Source: Octopus sinensis
Lineage: Eukaryota
DNA: 64,000 bases
Direction: 5' to 3'
Assembly: GCF_006345805.1 (NCBI RefSeq)
Contig: NC_042999.1
Location: 6,758,001-6,822,000, forward strand
Part shown: piece after piece, positions 35,561 through 47,722 of the stretch
Position numbering within the stretch: position 1 is the stretch's first letter
How the letters are laid out: the number at the start of each line of letters is the position of its first letter
Notes under the pieces: model-generated
Told to the model about the DNA's origin: nothing
Databases searched by the model: none
Seen by the model: only the letters and a program-made list of their open reading frames with translations
Translations under genes and position numbers: made by a program

Positions 35561-37419
35561 GGCCTATCGGTTACATTCATTATTATACATGTTCATTATT
35601 TGCCATGCATATTTTGATGTTATTTACCAGGCATAATATGGTGTTGTTATTTGCCGGGAATATTATGATGTGGTTTGTATAAAAATTATCTTTTCTTGTG
35701 CTTTGATTGTTCATAAACGGAAATGGTTAGGTGCAGAGGTCGTTGGTTTGTCGGTTTCTCTCTAGGTGTTCATTGTTCTTGAAGCATTTTGTTTAGCACT
35801 AATAAACTCGAACCGTTGTGCGTTTTCTTTTTTATGGAAGCTGAGTTTATGGACTGTGTGTTTATAAATATTTTTTCAATTCTGTTTCAAATATGGGTGT
35901 CTTATAATGTGTTATTTTAGCTCTGTGGATATATGCGTAAGTAGATTTAAAACTACCTTCCTCTTCAAGATTTCATTCAGATAATATTGCGTGAGAACAT
36001 TCCTAGTGAACAATGTCCTTGATCCAGGGAGATACAATTCTTTAAGTGACGTTGGTAGTAACAAGGATTAAGAGTGCATTGATTATCCCGACTGGATTTT
36101 ACCTCAGTTAAAGATATTCCTGGTGAATGGTAGACATTAAATAAGAAATGGTGTAAGGAAACACGATTTAGTTTTAGAATTGTTAGTGATTATAGATTTC
36201 AAACCAAGAAGTCTGTCGCTTCTAGAATGTTCGAAATGGCAACATTCTGCAATGCGAAATGTTGTCGGAAAATGTGGAAATCGATAAAATAGGAAATATT
36301 ATGGCGGTATATCATTAAACTGTTATTAGACAATATAAATATTAACACAAATAATAGATATGAACTGTTGAGTAACGGTAAGTAGTGAAAGGAAGGAGCG
36401 GAGAAAGAGAAGCAAAAAGAAACCACTGCGTTTCTCTAAATATACGCACCCACATAGACATACATACGGATATGTATGTATGTCTGCGTGTGTATGTACG
36501 TATGTATCTAAATAAATGTGTTGGGCCTTGAGAAAGAACCATATCGGTGGAACATGTCACCTAATTGGCATGTTGTTATAATGGGATAAGTTTCCAAGAA
36601 AGTGAAAAATGAATGAAACCGTTCAGATATTTGGAATGTTAATGGCGGCCATTATGAAATAACGAGGGAGATATTCAATATAGATGAGTTATGAAGAGAC
36701 GCGAATATATTATGGAACAATCATGGTGTAACAATATATAAAAACCGGGTTAGTTTTATGATATATAATTTCTTTCTGAGGCAATTGTGCTTCCATTGTA
36801 GACTCTTCATTTCTAACATTCATCAACGTAACACTGAATCATGTGAAAACCAATATAAGAGGAGGAATTTAATAATGTCGCGAAACACATACGGCATTAT
36901 ATTCATACTCTTTTTAAATAAATTAGAAAAATATGAGAAACGTTATCATCAAAGTTGTATGCGTTGGTCGCAATATCAAATTCCTCTTTTGTGTTTCTAA
37001 AACATGAACTTTTATCGAACAACCAATTCACATTTAGGAGTAATAGTCCCACTTATTTAATTGGCTTTATTGAATTAATGAAGTTTTAGAAATAGAATTT
37101 CAGGGCTTTTCTGAACATTCATACGCTTGGTGGGAAGGCGACTGAATGTCGTGTTCGGTGGCTTTAACCATATTTCAATAGGAATATCCACAAAAGGATG
37201 ATCTATTATGGGTATGGTATGTTGGTTAGAATCACAATTAACTCGATAATTACAACTTCTTTGAGATTTAGTTTTATGGATTTGTTAATATTCCAAGCAA
37301 ATTGATAAGTGTTGACATAAAGGGTAGATCCATCAGTGAATAAACTGTGATAACAAAGTAGGACCCGAACTCATGTCTAAACGCCGAGGTGAGACAATCT
37401 CCGCACTACGCTGACGTCA

Positions 37420-37865
37420 TCTAGCAGAATCGTTTGCGCGTCGAACAAATTGTTTAGCGGTATTACGTCTGCTGCTACGTTCTGAGTTCATATTCCGCCG
37501 AGGTCGACATTTCGCCTTTCATCCTTTCGGGGTCTGTTAAATAAGTACCAGTTACACACTGGGGTCGATATAATCGACTTAATCCGTTTGTCTGTCCTTG
37601 TTTGTCCCCTCTGTGTTTAGCCCCTTGTGGGTAGTAAAGAAATAGGTATTTCTTCCGGCTCTTTACGTTCTGTTGATTTTGCTCTCCATCCATTTGGATC
37701 GATAAAATAAAGTGCCCCAAAGTACGGGGTGTCGACATAATAAATTTCCTCTCCTGGAATTTCTGGCCCTGTATCAAGATTTGAAACCATTATTATATCT
37801 ATTACACAAGGCGGAGAGCTGGCAGAATCGTTAGCACACCGGATGAAATGCTCAACAGTGTTTCG
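37420..37865 (+). mobile_element. SINE family A hetero-dimer plus a head fragment
   Basis: Junction GAAATAG|GTATTTC near 37645; second head at 37810. Confidence 0.8.
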
Positions 37866-38370
37866 CTTCACTTTCATTTTGTATGTACCAAAATTTAATG
37901 ATATTACTGCATGTTATATATAAACAAAGAATATACTTCTCTCGTTCGGTTTGCATCAAAAGGGCGACAATAGTGTGGATGGAATTTTTTCACTAAACAT
38001 AAATATAAATAGGATTACAGTATTTACGATGATATCGTGTTTAGTAACGAATACTAGCTCTATTAAAATGCATCGTAATGTGTATATACATACATACGTC
38101 TATTATAAAATTTATTGGCAGTAATTAGGTAATAATTTTTCATTGCTGTATAAAAACCCGTTTTTATAACATAATTGCATGTCATCTTATACTCCTACGT
38201 TTTCCATTATTGATGTTCGATCTTGATTCATGTTGCATGCCTTACCAGCATTCTTTCCAAAACCAAGCCATATGTATGCTTACGCATATACACTGTAAAA
38301 TATATGATATAATAATATCAAACCAATGTAAAATATACTATCTTAAAGATAGAATGTTCACACTAGTGTT

Positions 38371-38436
<66 letters not shown>

Positions 38437-38567
38437 TACTCTCTCTTTTACTCTCTTTTATATATATATATATAATAGAGACAAAACCACTATTATGCAA
38501 ATCAAACAAAGAAAGACTTAAATTTGGATTTATTCCCTAATATTTATTATATATATATATATATATA

Positions 38568-38830
38568 TGAGCAAAAATTTATATTCAGATGAATTAGGTA
38601 CTTAAGTTGAAGCACCAGAATTTAGTACGGTATTATCCATACAGTTTCACAATAAGGTGATTAAAATCAAAATAAGCAACAGGATATCCAGAGGTAATGC
38701 AGTTCGATCGTTTCAAGCAACTCCATTTCATTGAACAATGCAACCATTTACATCAATTCAAATGCAGAGCAATCCCCAGCTGCATAAATACATAGAATTC
38801 AATTAAATTAAATTAAAACAGATGGACCCA
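38568..38830 (-). mobile_element. (TA)n-tailed element with a decayed hammerhead (38697-38785)
   Basis: ATGCAG-CTGGGGA...GAAA-CGATCG-AA-CTGCAT; homologous to 44497-44660 and to the reverse complement of 46332-46466. Confidence 0.7.
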
Positions 38831-39087
38831 TTAGTATAATTTTACCTAAAATCTCCAAGAAGTTAACGAGATAGACAAAGAGCATGCTGTCTTCACTCCA
38901 GCTTAGAAGCTACTAAGGTATCAGGAAGACTTGTTAGAGATCTAACTTGTCACTGTTTTTTGGGGTCAGTTTTTACTTATAGTCTTGTGTATCAAATCCT
39001 TGTATATCAAAAACCTAAAGCCAAGGAATAAGAAGCAGTGTCTGTTAGGAAAGGGGCCGAAGGAGTCGACAGAAATCATAGTGGGTA

Positions 39088-39303
39088 TACTCTTTTACTC
39101 TTTTATTTGTTTCAGTCATTTGACTGCGACCATGCTGGAGCACTGCCTTTAGTCGAGCAAATCGACCCCAGGACTTATTCTTTGTAAGCCTAGTACTTAT
39201 TCTATCAGTCTCTTTTGCCGAACCGCTAAGTTACGGGGACGTAAACACACCACCATCGGTAGTCAAGAGATGGTGTGGGACAAACACAACCACACAAACA
39301 TAT

Positions 39304-39334
<31 letters not shown>

Positions 39335-39335
39335 C

Positions 39336-39366
<31 letters not shown>

Positions 39367-39590
39367 GATATATATATATTATATATATATATATATATAA
39401 TATATATATATACATATACATATATACGACGGGCTTCTTTTCAAGTTCCGTCTACCAAATCCACTCACAATGCTTTGGTTGGCCCGAGGCTATGATAGAA
39501 GACACTTGCCCAAGGTGTCATGCAGTGGGACTGAACTCTGAACCATGTAGTTGCTAAGCAAGCTACTTACCACACAGCCACTCCTGCGTC
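39088..39590 (-). mobile_element. SINE family B
   Basis: Reverse-complement match with expanded central TA tract. Confidence 0.9.
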
Positions 39591-40061
39591 TATGATAAAA
39601 CCATCAAGATTAATTTGAAGCAATATAATGAGATTTGGCAAAGGAAATCTTAAATCAAGATGTTAGCTGTCAATTAAAGGGACAAGCCACTAGTAGATCA
39701 TTGATAATGATACAGGGGAAATTTTATCATGGGGTACTATAGTTGATATTTTAAACGATATTGCTATATTGTATAAAGTTTATATTCAGGGTTATCAAGA
39801 AGATTATTAAGAAGAATATTATAACAAAAGGATGTCAATTTAATCAGTATAATTTACTCAAGACATATGACATTCGTGATATATAACTGAAGATTATATT
39901 TCAGGAAGATAATTATTAAAAAGCTGTTTAGTGTAGAGTTGAAGTATACACTAGATCATCTCTCAACTTCATTAAAGTGTGGTATTCGACTAATTTGATG
40001 GTCAAATTTGGGGAAAGACGGCCAAACAAGAACCAATTCGGTTCGTTTGATTTAATTATTT

Positions 40062-40320
40062 AGGTGCAGACATTGCTGTGTGGCAAGAAGATTGCTTCGC
40101 AACCACATGGTTCTGGGTTCAGTGTGTGGATTTGGTAGACGGACACTGTTGGTGTGTTTATATCCCCGTAACTTGACGGTTCGGCAAAAGAGACCGATAA
40201 AATAAGCACCAGGCTTTAGTAAAAATTAGTACTGGGATCGATTGATTCGACTAAAAATTCCTCAAGGCATTACCCCAGCATGGCCGCACTCATATGACTG
40301 AAAGAAGTAAAAGGTAAAAA
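40062..40320 (+). mobile_element. Internally deleted older SINE family B
   Basis: Head and 3' half present, centre missing. Confidence 0.75.
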
Positions 40321-40464
40321 ATAATATAAATAATTTATCAATGTTTGAAGATTCCTTCCAGTTTATTTCAACTCCAGTACAGCATTATAACCTTTTTTCA
40401 TAGTCACTTCGGAGAGAGAGAGAGAGAGAGAGAGTACGTGTTCCTTGTTAACTCTTGTACGTAG

Positions 40465-40819
40465 CTTTTCATCCACTCGGCATGAAAAACAAAGTCAACC
40501 TCGGCGGAACTTGAACTCACAACGTAAAGACAGACAAAACGCCGCTAAACATTTTGTCCTGTGTGCTAACGATTCTACCAGCTCGCCAATAACTATAATA
40601 ATGATTTCAAATTTTTGGCACGACGGCAGCAATTTCGTGGGAAGACATATGTCTAATACATCGACCCCATTGTTCACCTGATACTCATTTTATCGACCGC
40701 GAAAGGATGAAAAGCACAGTCGACCACGGCAGAATTTGAACTCAGAATGTAGAGACTGGCGAAATGCTGCGAAGCCTTTTGCCCAACGCGGTAACGATTC
40801 TGTCAGCTCGACGACTCAC

Positions 40820-40850
<31 letters not shown>

Positions 40851-41205
40851 ATGATAAATATCCTTTACGAGTAAGGCGGTTTCCTGGTTTCTCTTAAGGT
40901 GGTTTCCCAGATTCTATGGCGCATATATTCTTTACCGGACGAGACGTCGGTCCGTCGCAAGATTACCCATTATTTATTTCTTTATTGCCCTCAGGGAGCT
41001 AAACCCAGAGGGGACAAACAAGGACAGACAAACGGATTAAGTCGATTATATCGATCCCAGTGCGTAACTGGTACTTATTTAATCGACCCCGAAAGAATGA
41101 AAGGCAAAGTCGACCTCGGCGGAAATTGAACTCAGAACGTAACGGCAGACGAAACACCGCTAAGCATTTCGCCCGGTGTGCTAACATTTCTGCCATTCCG
41201 CCGCC
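40465..41205 (-). mobile_element. Cluster of three SINE family A copies (40465-40590, 40600-40815, 40972-41205)
   Basis: Reverse-complement matches; the last is flanked by AAGATTAC(C/T)CATT. Confidence 0.8.
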
Positions 41206-42719
41206 TTAAGATTACTCATTGTTGCCAGTTGAGTGAACCGTCACCAGGTATTGGAATGGAAACCACAATCTTACGAGGATGAGTCTAACACACTAACCCT
41301 TAACCCACGTGCCTCCACAGCCAATGACTGTTATAGCAACTATAAAAATAATATTTCTTCAAATACTTCTGCTTCGCATCAAGTTTTGTTTCACACAACC
41401 TTTGGAATAATAATGTTGGTTTAAGTTCTTCCTTTCTGTTCTTTTAATACACTGCCACTATAATTGTAAATCTTCCGGCCAACATAACCGATATACTTTT
41501 CTCAGTTTTATAAATTATTTTATATTTTATTTTGCAACTACTGTCATTTAAAAGTTCACCTTAAACATTAGCCGTACTAACCTTCTCCATACGAAGCTCT
41601 CTCCCGGTTTGGGAAGCCATATAAATTCTGCAAACGCCATCTTACATTCTCATAGTAAAAACTACAATGAAAATCAACAACGAAATGGTTGACCAGTCAT
41701 TATGGACAAGAAGTTAGTTAAAATACTTTAGCTTCAGTCAGCCGTGTAGTCATGTCGTTTTATAGGCATTAAAATGATTTAGAAACCAACGAAAATATAA
41801 ATATTATATCACAAATATTTATTTCTTTTATTAATCATGTGAATAGCTGTGTCGGCTGTAAAATCGTTGCATCCCAGTCTTTGTCTGCAGTAGCGTATTG
41901 TTCATAGAAACAAACGATATTAATTAGTGTATCGCAAAGTTTATTAAAGTGAATAGTAGACGAGGTTTTCCCGGAGAACCCTTTCAGTTCAGCAGATATA
42001 TTCTATTATGCAGTGAATCGTATCTAGCAGCAAAACAATAGATAATTATCCCCAGCGAAAATCAGACATCACAGTCACCGGTTGGATGCGGAACAAGTTA
42101 ACGCCACAAAGTATTAACAGTATAAGAAGCAGCTTATGTAACAAATGAAGCTAGGTGAACAGGTCAGATGAATTGTGTTTGGAAGGAAGATGTAAAGTCA
42201 AAGACAATCGATTCTTTAGACAAAACTGCTGATCTCACGAAACAAATATTAACCCTTTGACTCCGTTTTTATATCGGTGACTACGAAAGGTTAATCTACC
42301 AGAAAGAACATTGGTGAGTTTTTCGATGTGATAAGAAATTTCAGAATTTACTAACTTTAGGTCAGTTAAGAACTACTTACCAGGGAATTTCGACAAAGCG
42401 CTCCGTAAAAATGTTCATCTGCGATATTTTACAGTATTTACACAAATTAATGTACAACTAGATCAGAAGGAAATACATTAAATATTGGACTAAATTACAT
42501 AAAAATGCACAAATAAATTAAGAGAGATGTTTGAGTGTTCTCGTATTTCGATTCGTTAACCTCTTAACAATTAGCTATCGCTTTCTTTGATTCTCTCTCA
42601 ATGTATGTATGTATGTATGTCATTCAGTTTTATTTCAAGATTTCTTGCCAATAGAGAAAGAGCCGGTTTCTAACCTAGATTCAAGGCTCCTTCATTGGAA
42701 TTTTCACATCAACAACAGT

Positions 42720-43410
42720 GGTATGTATGTATGTTTGTATGTATGTGTGTGTGTATGTATGTATGTATGTATGTATGTATGTATGTATGTATGTATGCAT
42801 GTTTGTATGTATGTATGTGTGTGTGTATGTATGTATGTATGTATGTATGTGTGTATGTATGTATGTATGTATGTATGTATGTTTGAATGTATGTATGTGT
42901 GCGTATGTATGTATGTATGTATGTATGTATGTATTATGTATGTATGTATGTGTGTATGTATGTATTATGTATGTATGTATGTATGTATGTATGTGTGTAT
43001 GTATGTATGTATGTATGTGTGTATGTATGTATGTATGTGTGTATGTATGTATGTATGTATGTATGTGTGTATGTATTATGTATGTATGTATGTATGTATG
43101 TATGTATGTATGTATGTATGTATGTGTGTATGTATGTATTAAGTATGTATGTATGTATGTGTGTATGTATGTATGTATGTATGTGTGTATGTATGTATGT
43201 ATTATGTATGCATGTATGTATGTATGTGTGTATGTATGTATGTATTATGTATGTATGTATGTATGTATGTATGTGTGTATGTATGTATGTATGTATTATG
43301 TATGTATGTATGTATGTATGTATGTATTTGTGTATGTATTTATGTATGCATGTATGTATGTATGTGTGTATGTATGTATGTAAGTATGTATGTATTGTAT
43401 GTATGTATTT
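42720..43410. repeat. Long (TATG)n microsatellite
   Basis: Seen directly. Confidence 0.97.
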
Positions 43411-43990
43411 TCATTGTATGAAAAATGTTTTAAAAACTGTTTTTTTAGAACCCCTCCCTCATCATACTACTCCGGACCTATTTTGGCCAATTTTTTTCTC
43501 TTCAGAACAATGGGAAGAGCATTTTCGGTAAAAAATAAAAATAAAATTGTTAATATTCAGAGGGAAAAATGAGTGATGTAAGGTCAATTTGGCTGTTGTG
43601 TCTAGCACATTAAAAGACAACCCTCCTCGTTTCTTTATCACTCCCGCATGTATTGATGTTTTTCAATACTCCCCGCCCCATAGATACAATTTTTCTATAG
43701 CATATATATGCTATTAAAATAGGATTGATTAAATATGAACTTTTTGCAACCCCACTCCCTGCTCCTGTTGTTTCTGTTTAGAAATTAAAATATTGGAGAA
43801 CCTGAGAAAGTCATTGCCGGCATTTATCGCAGTGATTTAAAAAATTTACTGAGATATACTTGCATAGCAAATGACTTGATCTGAGATCGTGTGCTGAAAC
43901 AAAAACAATTGGTGCGTGGAAGATGTTTGTAAGCCATTCAAGAACACACAAAAACCGTTAGTTTCACTTCAACATTTAAATTTGATTTGT

Positions 43991-44032
43991 GTCAAAATAT
44001 TTTCGTCGCTTTGAGACCGCGACCTGTTCACT
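43991..44032 (-). ncRNA. Hammerhead-like motif with a G3-C8 swapped core
   Basis: GTGAACA-G-GTCGC-ggtctcaaa-GCGAC-GAAA-ATAT-TT-TGAC; perfect 5-bp stem II, palindromic AATATT stem III; the 5' strand of stem I is mostly replaced by a (GA)n tract. Confidence 0.5.
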
Positions 44033-44222
44033 CAGAGAGAGAGAGACATTCAATTAGAAGTTAAACTAGCCTCATTAAGGGATGGTTTCATATCCATTGC
44101 TCACTAAAAACAACCTATAACTCCTTAATCTGGGTATACACCAATATTAGCCTTAAAATAATACTAATGATTCTAAAATACAAAACATGAACAAACTTAA
44201 CGGGATATCTTTATCTTCAACG

Positions 44223-44303
44223 CCTCTGAAGAGATTATGCCTAATATAATGATTTTAATAATTGTTATTTAATTTTTTAAGCTTAATTGAAACAGCGGTA
44301 AGG
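44223..44303 (+). ncRNA. Type I hammerhead ribozyme
   Basis: CCT-CTGAAGA-GATTATGC...GCTTAATT-GAAA-CAGCGG-TA-AGG; stem II 7 of 8 paired, near-palindromic stem III, GUA site; TA tract about 80 nt downstream. Confidence 0.7.
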
Positions 44304-44413
44304 GACTATGTTTGAATTTTGCAGATAATAAATTTTTTATTAAATGCTACATCTCCATTTTCTTATTTTCTTTTGAATGAGTGTATATATATATTATATA
44401 TATATACATACAT

Positions 44414-44497
<84 letters not shown>

Positions 44498-44531
44498 AAA
44501 TCAAAATAAGCAACAAGGATATCCAAGGTAG

Positions 44532-44619
44532 TGTAGTACAATGGTTTCATGCTACTTCATTTTATTAAACGCAGTAAGTATTACATCAGTTTTAAAATGT
44601 CGAGCAATCTTCAGCCACA
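44532..44619 (-). ncRNA. Type I hammerhead ribozyme (copy 1)
   Basis: TGTGG-CTGAAGA-T-TGCT...AGCA-T-GAAA-CCATTG-TA-CTACA; stem II extends through CATTTTA/TAAAATG and AAAC/GTTT. Confidence 0.7.
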
Positions 44620-44775
44620 TATAGAATTTTTTAATTAAACGGACAATGCACATTTTTATACTTATTTCATATATATATATATTTCATATATAAATATACT
44701 TCATATATATATATATATATTATATATATATATATATACATACATACGCACACCCACACACACACACACACACAC

Positions 44776-44829
<54 letters not shown>

Positions 44830-44863
44830 AAATCAAAATAAGCAACAAGGATATCCAAGGTAG

Positions 44864-44951
44864 TGTAGTACAATGGTTTCATGCTACTTCATTTTATTAA
44901 ACGCAGTAAGTATTACATCAGTTTTAAAATGTCGAGCAATCTTCAGCCACA
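44864..44951 (-). ncRNA. Type I hammerhead ribozyme (copy 2)
   Basis: Identical to copy 1, 332 bp away. Confidence 0.7.
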
Positions 44952-45031
44952 TATAGAATTTTTTAATTAAACGGACAATGCACATTTTTATACTTATTTC
45001 ATATATATATATATTTCATATATAAATATAC

Positions 45032-45075
<44 letters not shown>

Positions 45076-46037
45076 TACATACGTACTAACACACCCATAC
45101 TTCATTCAATTAATATCCAACGGGTTGGTGTTTGGCGGGGGTCTGCCACTGAAATATTTGTCAGTTTGACATGGCTGACGTTGTTTACAGCTGTCAGCAA
45201 TATCTATCTGATGATAACTATTACCGAATCAATGATACCCGGGTTTTGCTCGGGAATATATTGTGGTGTCGATGACAGGTATTAAATTGTCAAATCTTTA
45301 GACTCGAGCTTGACATATCAACTCGGGGAGCCGAACAGAAACAAAATAATACAAAGTGTAACAACCTTTTATACACGAAAGACTGAACTTGACTTTCTGT
45401 CAGGCTTCAAAACGTTTAATGAAATCATTTTCTCATTTTATATTTTTTTAAATATTCTCTCTAGAATGTCAGTAAATAGATATTTTGTACGAAATTAGCT
45501 TGATAATTCAATGAAAAAGAAAGATGACAACATCTCTATTCTATCTATATCTCGGTGCTTTATTAAAATTTTACTGTTGAAAGGAAAAAAACAAACAAAA
45601 CAAAACAGAACAAACAAAACCATTTCTGAAGAATTCTAAAGACGCAGTTACCGTTTTCTTTCTGTCACAATAATCGGTAAATAAGATAAATATTTAACAA
45701 ATTGTTGATGGAACTCTTTCGCAAATAACAAAATAAAAGCAGCAACGATAATAATAATGGTTTCAAACTTTGTCACAAGGCCAGCAATTCTTCTTGTAAC
45801 AATGAGTGGTGGTAGCAGGGGAGAAGAAGGAATATAAAGTGGGAATGTGCCCGTGTTCGGGCGTGCATGTTTAGGTATGAACATGCGCGCTTACGCGAAG
45901 ACTATGAACTTTTTACCTCCTTACTTTTACTCCCATCCCTCACTTAGCGGTCATTCAAATAGATCTTTTGTCTTAATAACGGTCAATCACAGTAATTTCC
46001 CTTGGTATAACGGTCATTTTCATAGCATTTTTTCCGA

Positions 46038-46112
46038 TGGCCGGATAACTGAAGAGATGGCAGCGTGGATTTCCACCTCAACATCTGAAACTCGGAGTTT
46101 TGTTCATGGCTA
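46038..46112 (+). ncRNA. Type I hammerhead ribozyme
   Basis: TGGCC-GGATAA-CTGAAGA-GATG...CATC-T-GAAA-CTC-G-GAG-TT-TTGTTC-at-GGCTA; 11-bp bulged stem I with G-U pairs; TA tract about 100 nt downstream. Confidence 0.7.
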
Positions 46113-46212
46113 CCGAATAATTGTCACATATTACATTTACAGATAAATTCGTCTATTTACATAATATCGAGGTCTCTTTCATTCTTTTGTTGTCTTACCA
46201 TTTCTATCAATA

Positions 46213-46245
<33 letters not shown>

Positions 46246-46280
46246 GTATATATGTATATATATGTATATATGTATATATA

Positions 46281-46466
46281 AAGCAAATAAGTAACAAGGA
46301 TATGAAGGTATTAGTGCATTACGGCCGTTTCAATGCACTAATACCGGGACAGCCTTGTTACTTATTTGCTTATTATTCACCTAACTTCGAGCTGTGCAGA
46401 CAATCCTGGACAGATTTGGTGCCTCAAATTAAGTGCCTAATTCTACTGAATCTTCATTATTTCTTA
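46281..46466. mobile_element. Fold-back copy of the 38568/44497 family containing a half hammerhead
   Basis: 19-bp plus 14-bp hairpin at 46281-46371; the minus-strand loop reads GAAA-CGGCCG-TA. Confidence 0.7.
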
Positions 46467-46551
46467 TACATACATACATACATACATACATACATACATA
46501 CATACATACATACATACATACACATACACACACACATATATAATTGGTAAA

Positions 46552-46865
46552 GACCACCTTCGGCCATGAATGACCATGGGATTGCAGGTGGGAAATTCCC
46601 CTCCGTGGCATAAGTCCGGACAAAGTTGTTTATGGAAGTCTAGCAGTCGCACATGCGCACCAGACTCTCCTCTCCACGCCACCAATGTTATCGAGGGGAA
46701 GAACAAAGGCAGATACAGTTTGGCACCAGTGACGTCACAACTCATTTCTACAGATGTGTGAACTGGAGCAACGTGAAATAGAGTGTCTTGCTCAAGAACA
46801 AAGACAGAGCCCGGTCCAGGAACTAAACTCATTGTGAGCCCAATTCTCTAACTCCTGAGCCATAC
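46552..46865 (-). mobile_element. SINE family D
   Basis: Reverse complement of 25445-25760. Confidence 0.85.
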
Positions 46866-46888
46866 GCTTTATATATATATATATATAT

Positions 46889-46934
<46 letters not shown>

Positions 46935-46938
<4 letters not shown>

Positions 46939-47336
46939 GACGGGGTTCTCTCAGTTTCCCTCTGCCAAATTCACTCACAAATCTTTAGTCAGCATGAGGC
47001 AATAGTAGAAGTCACTTGACCAAGATACCATGCAATGAGACCGAACCCCCAACCAAAGCTTTTACCACACAGCCATGCCTGCGCCTAGAAGGATGAAGTA
47101 AGGTGTACGAGAAAGAGAGAGGAAGGATGTGGTTTCAAATTTTGGCACAAGGCCTGAAATTTGGTGGTGGGGGGGACTAGTCGATTACGTCAACTCCAGT
47201 GTTTCACTGGTACTTAATTTATCGACCCCGAAATGATGAAAGGCAAAGTCGACCACGGTGCCATTTGAACGTGAGACGGACGAAATGCCACTAAGCATTT
47301 TGCCCGGTGAGCTAACGATTCTGTCAGCTCGCCGCC
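46935..47336 (-). mobile_element. SINE B 5' half (46935-47085) and SINE A (47131-47336)
   Basis: Reverse-complement matches. Confidence 0.8.
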
Positions 47337-47393
47337 TTACACGGGAAGGGTATTAGAAGAGGAAGTAATGGAACTATAACTGTTAGTTCACTT

Positions 47394-47400
47394 ATGTATG

Positions 47401-47432
<32 letters not shown>

Positions 47433-47652
47433 TGTATGTATGTATGTATGTATGTATGTATGTATGCATGTATGTATGTATGTATGCATGTATGTATGTA
47501 TGTATGTATGTATGTATGCATGTATGTATATATGTATGTATATATGTATGTATATATGTATGTATATATGTATGTATGTAGATATATATATATACATATG
47601 TATGTATGTATATATATATATATCTATCTGTATATATATCTGTATATATATG

Positions 47653-47706
<54 letters not shown>

Positions 47707-47722
47707 ATATATATATATATAT
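47394..47722. repeat. (TATG)n/(TA)n microsatellite
   Basis: Seen directly. Confidence 0.95.

Larger units (their letters stand above)
44383..45035. repeat. Tandem duplication with 332-bp period; each unit is microsatellite plus HHR element
   Basis: 44501-44703 reads identical to 44833-45035; the microsatellite portions differ slightly. Confidence 0.9.

Noticed and set aside
42609-43531. ORFs of about 180-220 aa made of MYVC repeats (similar ones at 34.1-34.7 kb and 47.3-48.1 kb)
   Set aside because: (TATG)n and (TA)n microsatellites lack stop codons.
45236-45256. CCCGGGTTTTGCTCGGG resembling a Helitron 3' hairpin (minus)
   Set aside because: No CTRR terminus at the expected distance and no 5' end found.
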